A DNA stretch of 64,000 bases from Octopus vulgaris (GCA_951406725.2 OX597820.1:113584001-113648000), one strand, 5' to 3'. Shown: positions 26,843-41,765, counted from the stretch's first letter. Numbers and translations: made by a program. The notes: a model not told the origin generated them from the letters alone.

Positions 26843-27243
26843 CTAGCAGTATCGCCCGGCGTTGCTCGGGTTTGTCAGGGAAATAACTATATAAGCATTT
26901 TTAGAGAGTTATAGCCAAATAATAGCAAAAAAATGCATTAAAAATGGGAAAAAAATCATGGTAAATTTTTTTTTAAATCGTTGACTCATCGTAGAAATTT
27001 TTAGAGAGTTACTTCCCTTATATAATAACGAAAAATGCATTAAAATGGAAAAAATTATAGTAATTTTTTTTTTTAATCGTAGACTCATCGTAGACGCGCG
27101 CATACAGAATATTTCACAGAAGGGCTCGATATGAATCACGACTATAAGATACCTGGTTTTGGTTAAACTGCACCGCAAAATGTGGGAGTAAGGAATCTAA
27201 ATCGTAGGAGACAGACACACAACTTGACTTTTATATATAAAGA
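26843..27243 (-). mobile_element. Non-autonomous Helitron, complete
   Basis: The minus strand starts TC and ends CTAG, has a subterminal hairpin cccgagcaacgccggg, and is inserted between A and T without a TSD. Confidence 0.85.
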
Positions 27244-28059
27244 TATACCCATGTAAAAGTGGAATTTTTTAGACCATTGATTTTAAGGTCAAATTTATGC
27301 TGTCGACTATTAGATGGGCTTTTGAGGGACTGGAATTCAAGCTAGAATCCGAAGTACCGTATCAGCAGCAGAAGCCCAACTGATCTCTAAGCGAATAAAA
27401 ATAAAAACACAATGAATTACAGTAATATTACTAATTCTATTAGGCTTCACCAAAGTCATGCCTTTGTGCGAATTCAGACAGTGGCGTTTGCCAGTGTTCG
27501 ACCATAGTGCTGTCTGTGAAAGACGTTTCTCACCATGTAAACAACGAGTGTATGATGCATGTGCTTATTGCACTTGAAGATACATGCAGGCTTGCAGCAC
27601 ATCCTTTGCATACATTTTAGTAATGGTGATGTAGCACTCATCAATAAATGTATAGTGCTCGCTATTTAATGGTGGTTCACTATAAGCACCGAGCATTCCA
27701 CCTACAGAGCAGGCTACAGTAAAGCAGCCACACAATTTTGTAACAGTGTTATTTCTACGTAAAGGATAATACGTTACCTGTTTCTTTACTACCCACAAGG
27801 AGCTAAACATAGAGGGGACAAACAAGGACAGACAAACGGATTAAGTCGATTACATCGACACCAGTACATAACTGGTACTTAATTTATCGACCCCGAAAGG
27901 ATGAAAGGCAAAGTCGACCTCGGTAGAATTTGAACTCAGAACATAACGGCAGACGAAATACTGCTAAGCATTTCGCCCGGCGTTTCTGCCAGCTTGCCGC
28001 CTTAAAGGATAATACGGTACCTTGAACCACAAATGTTGTCTTGTTGTTCGTGAAATACT

Positions 28060-28168
28060 AGGGTCGACTTTTATACGGGGTCTATGGAAAATTCCCAATT
28101 TTTTGGCCCAAAATAGGGTGGGGGTAACTTTTACATGAGATCGACTATTACTCGAGTATATACGGTAT
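28060..28168. mobile_element. pogo/Tc2-like MITE right end
   Basis: Terminal ctcgagtatatacgg|ta with repeated tcgactt(t)tata motifs. Confidence 0.55.
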
Positions 28169-28390
28169 TACGAAAACCTGAAATATACGTAATAAATTAC
28201 TTCAAAGTATCACTATTTGGTTTGACTTCATCTTTAAAACTTATACGACTCGATGCTGGCACAATCTTGCCAGTCTTGACTCCACTTACGTGGATATTCT
28301 AGCAACCATTTGGACTAGTTTGTTATTTGGCTCGAGTCAAAAATGCTGGTATCGAGCACCGATTCTTGGCACAACACGAAATATGTATGC

Positions 28391-28521
<131 letters not shown>

Positions 28522-28959
28522 ACAACTGATGCTGATGTGCTTACGTCCCCGTAACTTAGCGGTTTGGCAAAAGAGACCGATAGAATAAGTACTAGGCTTA
28601 CAAAAATTAAGTCCTAGGGTCGATACATAGGCGCAGGCGTAGGTGTATGGTAAGAAGTTTGCTTACCAACCACATGGTTCCGTGTTCAATCCTACTGCGT
28701 GCGACCTTGGGCAAGAATCTTCTACTATAGAATGAGACTAAATTCCTTGTGAGTGTAGTTGATCGACGGAAGCTGGAAATTAATTTTGTCCGTGTTCTGA
28801 TATTTTCTTAGATCAGCCTCATTACCATTGAAACGAATCCTGCCAAAATGACTTTCTTGCAAGCAATTACAATGAGAATTTCATGCATTCTCTCAAAAAT
28901 TATCTTTACACAATGAAGAACATTAAACCTTTCGATGCCTTTGAAACAGTAAGTACTTC

Positions 28960-29990
28960 TGTATGATGTAGTATTTTTATAGATGTGTTTAAGATAATTT
29001 ATCTAAAGATTATAAATGATGCCGTCATATATTGGCGGGACACAGGCTGTAATGTCATAAGGTGTGAAGAACAGGACATTAACGTTTGGGTGTTGTAAAT
29101 CACAGAGATGTTATGGAGCGTTATCAATTAATATTAAGTGTTCAAGTCAATATTCTTTTTATTTGTATAAATTTCAGTTTCATGGAAAAGTTTTGATTAA
29201 GCCGGCGTTGGAATTTTTGCAACAGTCAGCCATGATATTTCGATTTGCACACCAACGAATTGGGAGAATATTTTATTCAATCCACTCGATGCACCTGGAT
29301 TAAGATCCTCAATAATTAATTATGGCAATATGAATCAGTTACTTAATGTGCTACAGCTTAATAACAATGTGAATTAATCTTCAAATGTTCTTTAGGCGTT
29401 TTCTTCCAGAATGGATCGGTTTTGTCAGCAAATGAATGTGTTTTCAAGAAGAATCTTTTTCAATTATTTTAACTAATTTTTATGATACGATTTCTTTAGT
29501 AGTTGTCTAATCGCTTTTGCTATGCAATTTGAAATTTTGTAGGAAGTTAGATTTAAAATGTTACAAACAATCCCTTAGTGCCGAAAATCCTGGTTGTTGT
29601 TGATTCGATGTTTCACTTAGAATAACGATTTGATTAAAAGTTTTTACTGATTTTTGTCGTATGGCAATTCTGTATATAGGTAATCATTAACGTTTTATCT
29701 TCAATCCAAAATAACAGCTTTTGTTGCTTCCATTTATCTACAATGTTATACGTATATAATGATATGTCTTTTGAACTCATCCTAAATCAAACAGCCGTAG
29801 AGGTTCTGATGTTTTTGCTTCATTTCTTTTAAATTCGTTTATATAAATCTGTTTCGAGGTATCTGCCGAACCCACTTCTTTTGAAATTCCTTTGACATGT
29901 AATTTTTTGCTATGACATTTCAAATCTTTTACTCGTTCTCGAGAATATTTAACCAATATCAATGTAAGAGCTACTTTATCATGCAAGTCT
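28960..29990 (-). pseudogene. pogo/Tigger-like transposase remnant
   Basis: Minus strand: LILIDNAP*HLCDLQHPNVNVLFFTP...PIYDGII, matching the Tigger DDE_1 signature LLIDNAPGH...FLPPNTT..QPMDQGII. Confidence 0.6.
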
Positions 29991-30166
29991 ACCTAACTGA
30001 TCGAAGAAATGAAGTAAAGGGGAAATGGAAGGAATATGAAAAAAACCGATAGGGAAACAATGGAATGACGACGTGGTGTTTCTAAATGATATAAGTAAAA
30101 TTAAAAGCAAAAATCCCCTCAATCCTAAAGCGTGATAAATAAAGCGTGGAAACTGAGTAACAGCTA

Positions 30167-30630
30167 TGTATGTACGTATGTATGTATGTATGTATGTATG
30201 TATGTATGAATGTATTAATGTATGTATGTAAGTATGTATGTATGTATGTATGTATGTATGTATGTATGTATGTATGTATGTATGTATGTATGTATGTATG
30301 TATGTATTAATGTATGTATGTATGTATGTATGTATGTACGTATGTATGTATGTATGTATGTATGTATGTATGTATATGTGTGTGTGTATGTATGTAAGTA
30401 TGTATGTATGTATGTATGTATGTATGTATGTATGTATGTATGTATGTATTATGTATGTATGTATGTATGTAATGTATGTATGTATGTATGTATGTATGTA
30501 TGTATGTATGTATGTATGTATGTATGTATGTATGTATGTATGTATGTATGTATGTATGTATGTATGTATGTATGTATGTATGTATGTATGTATGTATGTA
30601 TGTATGTATGTATGTATGTATGCATGTATG
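30167..30630. repeat. (TATG)n microsatellite
   Basis: Directly visible. Confidence 0.95.
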
Positions 30631-30729
30631 TCTTTAAGTATGAAAGTACGAATGTATGTACGTGTGCAACTTTCTATGCATGTATGTGGGTATGTATGTC
30701 AGAGCGATTATGTGGTCGCATGTATATAT

Positions 30730-31157
30730 ATTCGTTGGCATCCTTTTGTCTCGGCAGACAATGGTGTTGCGCATAAAATAATCGAGTCTGGTTTTTACAT
30801 TTTCATGTCCTTTACATGTCCTGTTGTGGGTGTGTAGTCCAATCCTGGTCAAACACTCCCTCTGGCAGGTGACGCAGATGGAGCGAAGACTTTGCCTGGC
30901 TGGTTGTAATGTCACAGTTTCTTGTCGTCTTTCCCTGGCCTTCCATTTCTCCTCTCTCCCTCTGTCACTCCTTTGTCTTCCCTCTTCTATGGTGCGTCGC
31001 CAATCTTCACGGTTGCTGGCACCAGCTTCCCATTTGCTAATATTGATGTCGCAGGCCTTCATGTCCCTTTTGCAGACATCCCTGTGCTGTAAGAACGGTC
31101 TTCTAACAGACCTAGTGCCCCTAGCCAGCTCTCCGTAGAGTATGTCTTTGGGGATTC

Positions 31158-31162
<5 letters not shown>
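30730..31162 (-). mobile_element. RTE-clade LINE 3' end
   Basis: [22 protein letters not shown]...[21 protein letters not shown] plus the RTE-like tail ccattgtctgccgagacaaaaggatgcc. Confidence 0.85.
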
Positions 31163-31222
<60 letters not shown>

Positions 31223-31225
31223 CAA

Positions 31226-31306
<81 letters not shown>

Positions 31307-31371
31307 TATACATATATATATATGCATATATACATACATGTATGTACAGATTTACATATATATGTATATCA

Positions 31372-31673
31372 CGTGATCACGTGACCGACCAGACCATCAG
31401 ATGTTGTTACACATCGCTGGTCACAATGCGTTCGCATTGTTTTAGCCTTCGAATGACGCCACCCCGCTGGCTAAGGGAGCAGGCCAACAGAAGAAAGAGT
31501 GGGAGAAAGAGTGGTGAAAGAGTACAGCAGGGATCACCACCCCCTGCCGGAGCCTCGTGGAGCTTTTAGGTGTTTTCGCTCAATAAATACTCACAACACC
31601 CGGTCTGGGAATCGAAACCGAGATCCTGCGACCGCGAGTCCGCTGCCCTAATCACTAGGCCATTGCGCCTCCA
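31372..31673 (-). mobile_element. Family C SINE with an alternative tail
   Basis: The head matches 22724; the tail differs. Confidence 0.8.
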
Positions 31674-31689
31674 CATATGTATATAAATA

Positions 31690-32086
31690 TGCATATATTT
31701 GTACAGGACTTAATAAAACGTAAACAACATGAAATACGAACTTTTTTGCGAACAACGAAAGAAACTAATGGAAAACAAGACAAGTAACAAGTAACATAAC
31801 GAACGACCCTTCATCAGTTGTCGACTGTTTATCTACTCCACATTTCAAACAATTACGACAACAAATGTGGAGTAGATAAACAGCCGACAACTGAGAAAGG
31901 TTAGTTCTTTATGTTACTTGTCTTGTTTTCCATTTGTTTCTTTCGTTGTTCCCAAAAAGAGTTCGTATTCCATGTTTTCGTATTTCGTATTTCATGTTGT
32001 TTACGTTTTATGACGTCCTGTACACCTATATGCATATGTATATACATATATATGTAAGTATGTACATATATGTATGTATATCTACA

Positions 32087-32126
<40 letters not shown>

Positions 32127-32175
32127 ATTTATATTATTATATGATTTAACGCCACGAATCCATTTCCAAGTAAAA

Positions 32176-32260
<85 letters not shown>

Positions 32261-32688
32261 TGTACAGATCTACATATATGTGTATATACATATGCATATA
32301 TTTGTACAGGACTTAATAAAACGTAAACAACATGAAATACGAACTTTTTGCGAGCAACGAAAGAAACTAATAGAAAACAAGGCAAGTAACAAGTAACATA
32401 ACGAACGACCATTCATCAGTTGTCGACTGTTTATCTACTCCACATTTCAAACAATTACGACAACAAATGTGGAGTAGATAAACAGTCGACAACTGAGAAA
32501 GGTTAGTTCTTTATGTTACTTGTCTTGTTTTCCATTTGTTTCTTTCGTTGTTCCCAAAAAGAGTTCGTATTCCATGTTTTCGTATTTCGTATTTCATGTT
32601 GTTTACGTTTTATGACGTCCTGTACACCTATATGCATATGTATATACATATATATGTAAGTATGTACATATATGTATGTATATCTACA

Positions 32689-32736
<48 letters not shown>

Positions 32737-32785
32737 ATTTATATTATTATATGATTTAACGCCACGAATCCATTTCCAAGTAAAT
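31690..32785. repeat. Tandem duplication (about 600-bp unit), each copy a fold-back with about 145-bp arms
   Basis: 31690-32172 is repeated at 32293-32785. Within each unit, tgtacaggac...ccacattt pairs with aaatgtgg...gtcctgtaca. Confidence 0.9.
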
Positions 32786-32797
32786 ATATATAAATAA

Positions 32798-32860
<63 letters not shown>

Positions 32861-32861
<1 letters not shown>

Positions 32862-33180
32862 TAGTAGATATAGCCGGTGTTGCCCGGGTTAAAGAGAATA
32901 TTGAAATTTTAAAACGTCGTCTAGATTACGTAAGTCTAAAATGCTAGTTGCTGAGATACCGACTTTCTACATTAATAACTCTCCAACGTATGCCAGCGTG
33001 GGACATAGATGTTAAGTGAAATGTTAAAAGAATGTTTTCAACTCATATATGTATATAAAGTAAATACATGTACCAAAGAGCCAGTATCGAAGGAAGCAGA
33101 AAAAAAGCCGTTAACAACAGAAAAACACAAAATCGTTCCAAAAGTTGATAAGAAATTTTTAGGGAAATCAACTAACTGTA
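32861..33180 (-). mobile_element. Helitron 3' terminus remnant
   Basis: Minus strand cccgggcaacaccggct hairpin followed by CTAG at 32861; the 5' extent is uncertain. Confidence 0.55.
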
Positions 33181-33480
33181 CGGATTTAATACATACATAC
33201 ATACATACATACATACATACATACATACATACATACATACATACATACATACATGTGTGTGTGTGGCCTTCATAATGAATTTTTGTGAAAAAGTATCAAA
33301 AACTGCACCTGAGTTTGTTGTATGATTGAATGACAAAAATCTCTGTGAAGATGAGTGCCTTGTGTGCAATTATTTTCAGCATAACTTCCTTTGCTTGCAA
33401 TTACATCTGATTTCCGAACAACCACCTCCGGTTTCATGTTTCATCGATAATAGACACCTCTTTGTATCTATTTAGCGAAC

Positions 33481-33608
<128 letters not shown>

Positions 33609-35504
33609 AAGAAAGAAAGAAAGATTTTTAATCCAAAAAAGTAGAGGAGAAGAAGAAAAGAAGTTCAAAATGCACAGAGAATATATTAAAATTGATTAGA
33701 ATTTAATTATATCTTAAAATATAGGAATACACTAACCGGTTTCACATTAGATTTTCTAATGTCTATAATGTATGGAATTGTGTCACTAATTATGGCTATT
33801 CTTGCCGTTGTTTTTAAAAATAGCCTTTTATTAAAGTACGAATGTGTCACAGAACGTTAACGTAAAAATTTGATTAGCCAACGTTCATCTGTTACGCGCA
33901 TGTGACAGTCGCGCGAACAGGTCACATAAAAGCTTTTCTCCATTGAATATGTCATATGACATTTTATAAAAGGAGTTGTCAATAATATAATAATTGTTAA
34001 CATAAAAGTGTTATAGGTACTTAGTATATACTATTCTTTCAAATAATAATGTTATCAATTAGCACAATCTCCTTTTGAACATGCTAAAGCATACATCTTC
34101 TTTGTTAACAAGGTGTGGGATATGAATTTTCGCTTCCTTAAGAACGAGTCCAAGTAGACATTCAATAATTAATTCATAGGAAAAAGAGAATCGTGTATTA
34201 CTGGTGTTTTTTATATCCAGCTAAGCAGTAGCTAGTATTTTTTAATAAACGAACTTTCCTTATTTATTCTTGTTTATTCTAGAGAATTGTCTGCACATAC
34301 ATACAGTAGGATGACAAAAAATTTGGGAGATTCGGTTTTCGCGCATATGTCCAGATTTTCACTATGTAGAATTTGTCTTGCTTTGGGATCACGTATGGGG
34401 ATCACGATAAACATTTAATCTCATTCTTAAAGTGACTTTCGTTTGTTTAACGTAGTCTTTTCTGCATCCATAGTATTTGATTGCATAAATTTGATTTTTT
34501 GAAGAACAAGTAAAATGGGGGGGGGGTTACAGTAAAAACGTGTCCCGATTTAAATTTATAAGCTGTGTCCTCAATAAAGTTCTCACAAGTACCATAACTG
34601 GATTGGCCAGGCTTTTTACTGCTGGAGAAGATTGCTTAGTGGGTAGTTTCGCGTTGGTAAGTAGTTCTCTAGGGACTTTCGTTGCTTTCTGCAATTGATT
34701 ATTTTGTATGAATCAAGCACTTTTTTATTCTTGTGTCTTGGCTCAATAAGGATACGTCCTGATGAATAATGTTGAGTGTTTCTATGTTTCTTTAATTGTC
34801 TGTTGTAAATTAAGATACAGTTTTGGGTGTACCTGAACTGTTTGCGGATTTTCTTATTTCTTCAGTGCCCATTGCTTTACCGCGTTCTATTCCATTCTCT
34901 ATTAGAGTGGACGGGTACTTTCACGGAGTGCATATTTGTAGCGTTTATCTTTTATTTGTTTCAGTCAATGAAGAAATTTTCACCGAATACATCGACCCGA
35001 GGATTTATTTTTTAAGGCCTGATACTTATTCTATCGGTGTCTTTGCCGTGCCGCTAAGTTACAGAGACGTAAACACATCAACAACGGTTATCAAGCGTTG
35101 AAGTGGCACAAATAAAGATACGCGCAAACACATAGAGAGATATATACATATATACGATGGCATCTTTCAGTTTCCGTCTGTCGAATCCACTCACAAGGCT
35201 TGGGTCGGCCCGAGGTAATAGTAAGAGACGCTTGGCCCCGAGCTACGTGGTTGAAAAGCAAGTTTCTTACCACATACATATACTTATATATATATATATA
35301 TAGTTGTGTGTGTGTGTGTGTTTCTACTATAGGCACAAGTCGATTACATTGATGCCAGTGCACAACTGGTACTTATTTTTTCGACCGCGAAAGAATGAAA
35401 GGCAATTTGAACCTCGGCAGAATTTGAACTCAGAACATAAAGACGGACGTCATACCGTTAATCATTTTGTCTGGCGTGCTAACGATTCTGCCAGCTACCC
35501 GCCT

Positions 35505-35605
<101 letters not shown>

Positions 35606-36379
35606 ACAATTTAATAAAACATATGCATACATATATGTACATACCTACATCTATATGTATATATACATGCATATATATATATATGAGTACAGGACACCAC
35701 AAATAAACATAGAACACCACGAGAAACGAAACATAAAATCAAACAAGGAAACAGACTTTTTTTAACAATGAAAAAACAGAGTACAAGACAAACAATACAA
35801 GGAATATTCCCCTTCATCAGCTGCCCCTGATTCAACTCAATGCGTGTTTCGAAGGTAAGGGCAGAACATGATCCGGCCGAAGCAGTCCTTCCTTCAAAAT
35901 AAATTAAATAAAATTCTTTTGCAGAGGGGTCAAAAAAGTGACAAGAACAGGACGTAAAAGCAATACAAATGAAGAAAAAAACAGTACACATAAAGAATAA
36001 AAACAGGACGAGGAAACCAACAATAAGGGCTTTTTTTAAGCCTAGACGGTGGAAAAATTCGTTGGAACGCATTCTGAAGATCGACTTGCGGAAACAGGAG
36101 AAAGTCGATGTTGACTTGTTGAAAGCAGTGGACAGAAAGAAAGTTTAGTAATCCGGTCAGCGGCCAGAGAGAGGAGGAGTGAGAGAGAGAGAGAGAGGAG
36201 GAGGAGGAGAAGGAGGAGGAGGAGGAGGAGTGAGAGAGAGAGAAAGAGAAACAGAGAGAGGAAAAGAAACCAGAAAGGGTGAAAAATAAGAAGGAGAGAG
36301 ACAGGTAGAGAGGAAGACAGACAAGCAGGGAGGAAAGGTCAAGTAAAGAGTTGAGAGTGCGCGTCATAATTATTATAAT

Positions 36380-36843
36380 AAAAACTTACTTGGAGAATAA
36401 GAAAACAACGCGAGGCGTCCAGTCATATAATAACAAGAGAAGGTTTAGAAAGAATGAACCCGTGGACAACGAGGGAGTGTTTCTTTTTATGTGCGTGATT
36501 TGTGGGAAGAAATGCTTGAGTCATGCAGGCCTGGTCAACTATCAGAGGCCTCACAGAAATGAACCCCTTGTAAATTGTGATGCGGCTAGTGCTCACAACA
36601 GAAAATGTGCAACCTGTGGAAAGGTGTGCCTTTCAGTTGAAGGATTGAAGACATGTCAAAAGAGTTCATACTGTGGCACCTGTTGGCACCTGTTGGCACC
36701 TGTTGCCAGCCAGTGCAGCTGTACATTATGCAATAGAATGGGAAAATCTTTGGCCAGGTTCAAGAGTCATACAAGAGCCAGACATTGCACCATCAATGAC
36801 TGGTTTCTAGCAATTGTTTTGCTCGTATACGAGGAAGCAGCTA
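36380..36843 (+). mobile_element. LINE (probably RTE) 3' end with three C2H2-like zinc fingers
   Basis: CVICGKKCLSHAGLVNYQRPH, CATCGKVCLSVEGLK and CTLCNRMGKSLARFKSHTRA, followed by an RTE-like tail gctcgtatacgaggaagcagc. Confidence 0.55.
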
Positions 36844-37062
36844 CTATGTATAAAATCATTTGCGGCCTAAATACTACCGAAAGCTTTCATACGACTAACC
36901 TTTCCAATTTGGAAAATATAATCAAATTAAATTCTGACTTGTAAACCGTCCCTAGCCAGTTGCACACACACATACACGCGCGCGCGTATACACTCGCGCG
37001 CGCGCGTCCATACGTGTGTGTGTGTGTGCGTATACATATTTATAAGTAGACGGACAGACAGT

Positions 37063-37096
<34 letters not shown>

Positions 37097-37097
37097 T

Positions 37098-37167
<70 letters not shown>

Positions 37168-38352
37168 TTCTTTACTACCCACAAGGGGCTAAACACAGAG
37201 GGAACAAACAAGGACAGTCAAACGGATGAAGTCGATTACATCGATCCCAGTACGTAACTAGTACTTAATTTATCGACCCTGAAAGGATGAAAGGCAAAGT
37301 CGACCTCGGCGGAATTTGAACCCAGAACGTAACGGCAGACGAAATACGGCTACGCATTTCGCCCGGCGTGCTAACCTTTCTGTCAGCTCGCCGCCTTAGA
37401 TAGATAGATGCATGTACGTATGAATTAATACATATATGTTTGCGTGTGTGTGTGAACTTATGGATGTATTATGTTGATAAGCAGGTAGGTAGGTTGGCAG
37501 GAAGGTTAAGCCCGATGGAATTTGAGCCACTATACATGTACTACTACTAACACCACCACCACAACTGCTGCTGCTTCTGCAGTAATGTATAATATTTTGC
37601 TTGATACTGTTTGCTGGAGTATTATGTTTTTAACGAGCTTAACTTTGGGAGAAAATCGAGGTTCGTAACAAGTTCGAGTGTTAACGCTTTCAAACAATCT
37701 TAACTACGGAAGGAAATCGAAGACAAAATCAAAACTTTGAACATAATAAAATCGATGTTAACACATGCCCTTGTAAATTTATGTATCTAAACAGAAATGA
37801 GTGGTTCTAATTTAGACACAAAAACCAGTAATTTTGAGGAGTAGTGGGGAACAGCCCATGACATCGAACCCCACTCTCGTCTTGTACTTTATTTTATCAA
37901 GCTCGGATGGATGAAAGTTGAAGTTAATCTAGGTGAGATTTGAACTTAGAACGAAAAGCATTGGACGACGCTTTAACGATTCTACCAGCTCACACCATCC
38001 CCACCCCCCAAAATAAAGCTAATAATCTTGTGGGTTGTATTAATTTCTTTGATTAATTTCGTTCATTCATAAAGGAATCTTTATAATGTGTGAGAATGTA
38101 CAACGAAGTTATATAAAAATGAGGGAAGGAGTAGAGACGTTACATAATATATTAAGATATGTTAAATAGTTTGATTACAAAAATAATTACACCGTGTAAT
38201 TATTTGCTTCGCAAGCGTGGCTGTGTGGTTAAGAAGCTTGCTTTCCAACTTTATGGTCCAGGGTTCAGTCTCACAGACTGGTATCTTAGCCCCAGACAGA
38301 TCAAAGAGTTATGAGTGAATATAGTACGCGGAAACATAAAGAAACCCGTTGC

Positions 38353-38406
<54 letters not shown>

Positions 38407-40076
38407 GTGTCTTTGTGGTTGAGTTCCCCCTCCCCCCACCGCTTCACAACCTATTATATTTTGCTTACGTCCCCGTAAACTAGTCAATCAGATTACTAAT
38501 ACTATAGTATATCGGATTACAAATTTAACAACACAAATCCATTGTACAATACCAGTGACATCATTAATGCATATTAAACCAATGTTGAGCCTGCTTTAAA
38601 TGACAGCCCAATCTCCATTCAAACCACTTTAACATCTTAAAAAAGATGAATGGTACACTGAGTTCCTGGCACGTAGGAATAACTTTAATCCTAGGTTTGT
38701 TCTATCAGTGTTACCGCAAGGCTAAACAATAACGACAATTATTAGTAATGATCGCAGATTTTTCATGTCCAGTGATCATGAGAAAGAGTGGCACATCCTC
38801 AACTGGTTATATAAACCAATTCTTGATGCTTGTAGGGTTTTTGTTCCTACCTGCACTTAATAGTTTTAAACTACGAGTCAGTCATTGCAATCCACAGTGG
38901 CTCAGTAGGCTAAGATGACTGTGGTGACCAGTAAGCTGTAGATTTTACATTGGAGTGGCCATCTCCTAGGTGAATTGCCATACAGGGCTAGAGAGCTCCA
39001 CCTAGTATAGAGTGGCCAGAAGAGTGTCAAAGAGCCTAGGATTAGACTACTAGGATTAGATTAACGACTCTGTTAATACCACCCTTCCATCACATATACA
39101 ACAGCAAAAACAACATGAGATATAATTCATCCGAAAATACCGCTGAAAAAGTACTTATTCAACATCGTAAATTCTGTATTATTGGTTTCAAATTTTGGCA
39201 CAAGGCCAGCAATTTCTGTCATCTCCAAAATAACATCAACTACAGCAGAAAACATTTAATATAACCATTGATACCACTAAGATCATCAATACGAACTGCA
39301 AGGTCATCAACACTACTAACAGCGCCAATGATATACTGTCAACATTACCAAGCTTGAGTTAAGGCGGTGAGCTGGCAGAACTGTTAGCACACCGGACGAA
39401 GTGCTTGGCAGCATTTCGTCCGTCTTTTTTTAGTTCAAATGCTGCCGGGGTCGATTTTTGCCTTTCATCCTTTCATGGTCGATAAAATAAATACCAGTTG
39501 AACATTGCGGTTGATACAATCGACTTATCCCAGAAATTGCTGGCCTTGTGCCAAAATTTGAAACCAATAATACTAATCCAGAGAAGGCGCGAGCTGGCAG
39601 AATCGTTAGCACGCCAGGTAAAAACCTTAGCGGCATTTTGTTCGTCTTTACGTTCTGAGTTCAGTTTCCGCCGAGGTTGATTGATTTAGCCTCTCATCCC
39701 TTTCGGGATCAATAAAATAATCAGCAGTTGAGTAGTGTGGTCGATGCAGTCGACTCGCCCTTCCCCCGAAATTGCTGGCCTTGTGCCAAAATCTGAAACA
39801 TTAGCAATCTAGCCCCATGGATACAACACCACCCACATCGCCAACGCGACCGATACAACAGCACCGATACCACCATGCTATCCCAATACAACACCTGTGC
39901 AATCTCCACCACCACCACCACCACAATAACCTTATCTTAAAAGACCTGCTTTAAAGATGTCTGCACTGAGCAGCTTCCAGTTTCAGGTTACTTAAACATC
40001 ACGACTACAACCCACACTACTTCTACTACTACCATTACCACTACTCACAACCCCCACCCTAACTACGAGAGATTGC

Positions 40077-40492
40077 TGAAAAGTTCCTAGCGTTAAGGCC
40101 TGGCTGGAGGCCCAACCTTCCGAGTTCTTTCACAGGGCTTAGCAAACCTGAAGGACCACTGCAATAAATGTGTGAATCTGAGAAGGGAATATGTTGAATA
40201 AAATCATAATTAACTGATCCTCCTGTACTTTCTTTTACCCAAAACCAGGAACTTAACAGCACACCCACGTGTGTATGTGTGTGTGTACATATGAGGGGGT
40301 GCTGATAAGTTCCTGGCTTTAAGGGTATCATGAAAGGTCTGGTTAGAGGCCCAACCTTCTGAGTTCTTTTACAAGGTTTAGAAAAACTGAAGGACCGCTG
40401 CAATGAGTGTCTGAATCTGAGAAGGGAATAATCAAATCATAATTAATTGATCCTCCTGTATTTTCTTTTACCCGAAGCCAGGAATTTCCCAG
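40077..40492. mobile_element. Two adjacent mariner-derived MITE remnants
   Basis: Mariner-like TIR gagggggtgctgataagttcctggcttt at about 40292; 40077-40262 is similar to 40300-40492. Confidence 0.6.
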
Positions 40493-41606
40493 CACACACC
40501 CACCCTGCTCGTATATCGCACTGTTCGTCTCTGTCATCATCGCCGATGCCGTCACGCCAACCCCACCATGACCATCTTCGGCTTCTTTTTCAAAAGAGGG
40601 GGGGGGTGATATGCAATCTTTCTTCGACAAAGTTATTGTTACCATCACTTCACCCAACCCCCCCGTCACTCCTCCACCCCATTCCACAACCTCCCCTCCC
40701 CCGTTACTTACACATAACCACACCTTTATTCCCGAACCACCACCACAGAGTCACCACTAGCATGCTAACACCATCACACTACACCACATCATACCACAAC
40801 CACTACCGCATTGTCAGTTACCATCGCACCATCAAAATACGCCCTTCACAGCTCATTACCAGTCCTCTACCATCTTTCTAACACACCACCACCACCGCTA
40901 CTGCCGCCACATGAAGCCACCACATGAAGCCACCACACACAACCACACACCACCGCTACCGCACCACCAACAACAACAACGCCACCACCCACCACTACCA
41001 CTACTACTAACACCACTACCACCACACCACTACCACCACCTCCACTACCATCACTGCACCCCCACCACGGACAACAACACCAACACCACCAACACGACCA
41101 TCATCGTACCTCCACCATCAACACCACCACCACAACCACACCGCCACTACCAATCCCACCCCGCTTCAAAACACACACACCCCCACATCCTCCGCTGCGC
41201 CACCATCAAATTACGACCCTCAGTGCACCACTTCCAACGATCACACACAGCCCCACTACCTGACGACCAAACCAATTACACCACCACAACCACGCCGCCA
41301 CAACCACCAAACCACGGTCACCGTACCACCTCAACCCCTCCCATCGTCCTGCCTACTACTCCAATAAACCACTTCCACTTTCGCCTCTACTAACACCTCT
41401 ACCAACCAGAAGAAAAACATAATCTCTCGCCCCGCCACCCCACCGCCAACATCACTGCTTCAACCGAAAACGCCACCCGTTTTCGCCACAGCTGATTCTT
41501 CTTCTTCTCCCCTTCCTCCTCCTCTCCCTCCGCCGCACGACACTCACTCACCCCTCCTCCTCCCGTTCAGCGGCCCCGCCATCTGTCGGCCGTTTCCTTC
41601 TTTAGA

Positions 41607-41765
41607 ATGGCTTTCTTTTCAAGAGTCGGCAGCCTGATTAGGTTTAGTCTACCTAATGTGGAATTACCTTGGTACAGCAGCGCAACCACACCACCACCGC
41701 CGCCACCACAAACAAGCACTCCATCATCTCCATCAGATTCAGAAGCCCCGACAGACACAGCCTGT
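41607..41765 (+). CDS. Candidate coding exon of an unidentified host gene (MAFFSRVGSLIRFSLPNVELPWYSSATTPPPPPPQTSTPSSPSDSEAPTDTAC)
   Basis: Unique GC-rich sequence. The ATG follows a polypyrimidine tract ending in AG, the frame is open for 53 codons, and a strong GTAAGT donor follows at 41766. Confidence 0.5.

Noticed and set aside
40447-41393. His/Pro/Thr-rich ORFs
   Set aside because: Degenerate (CAC)n low-complexity tract without splice or homology support.
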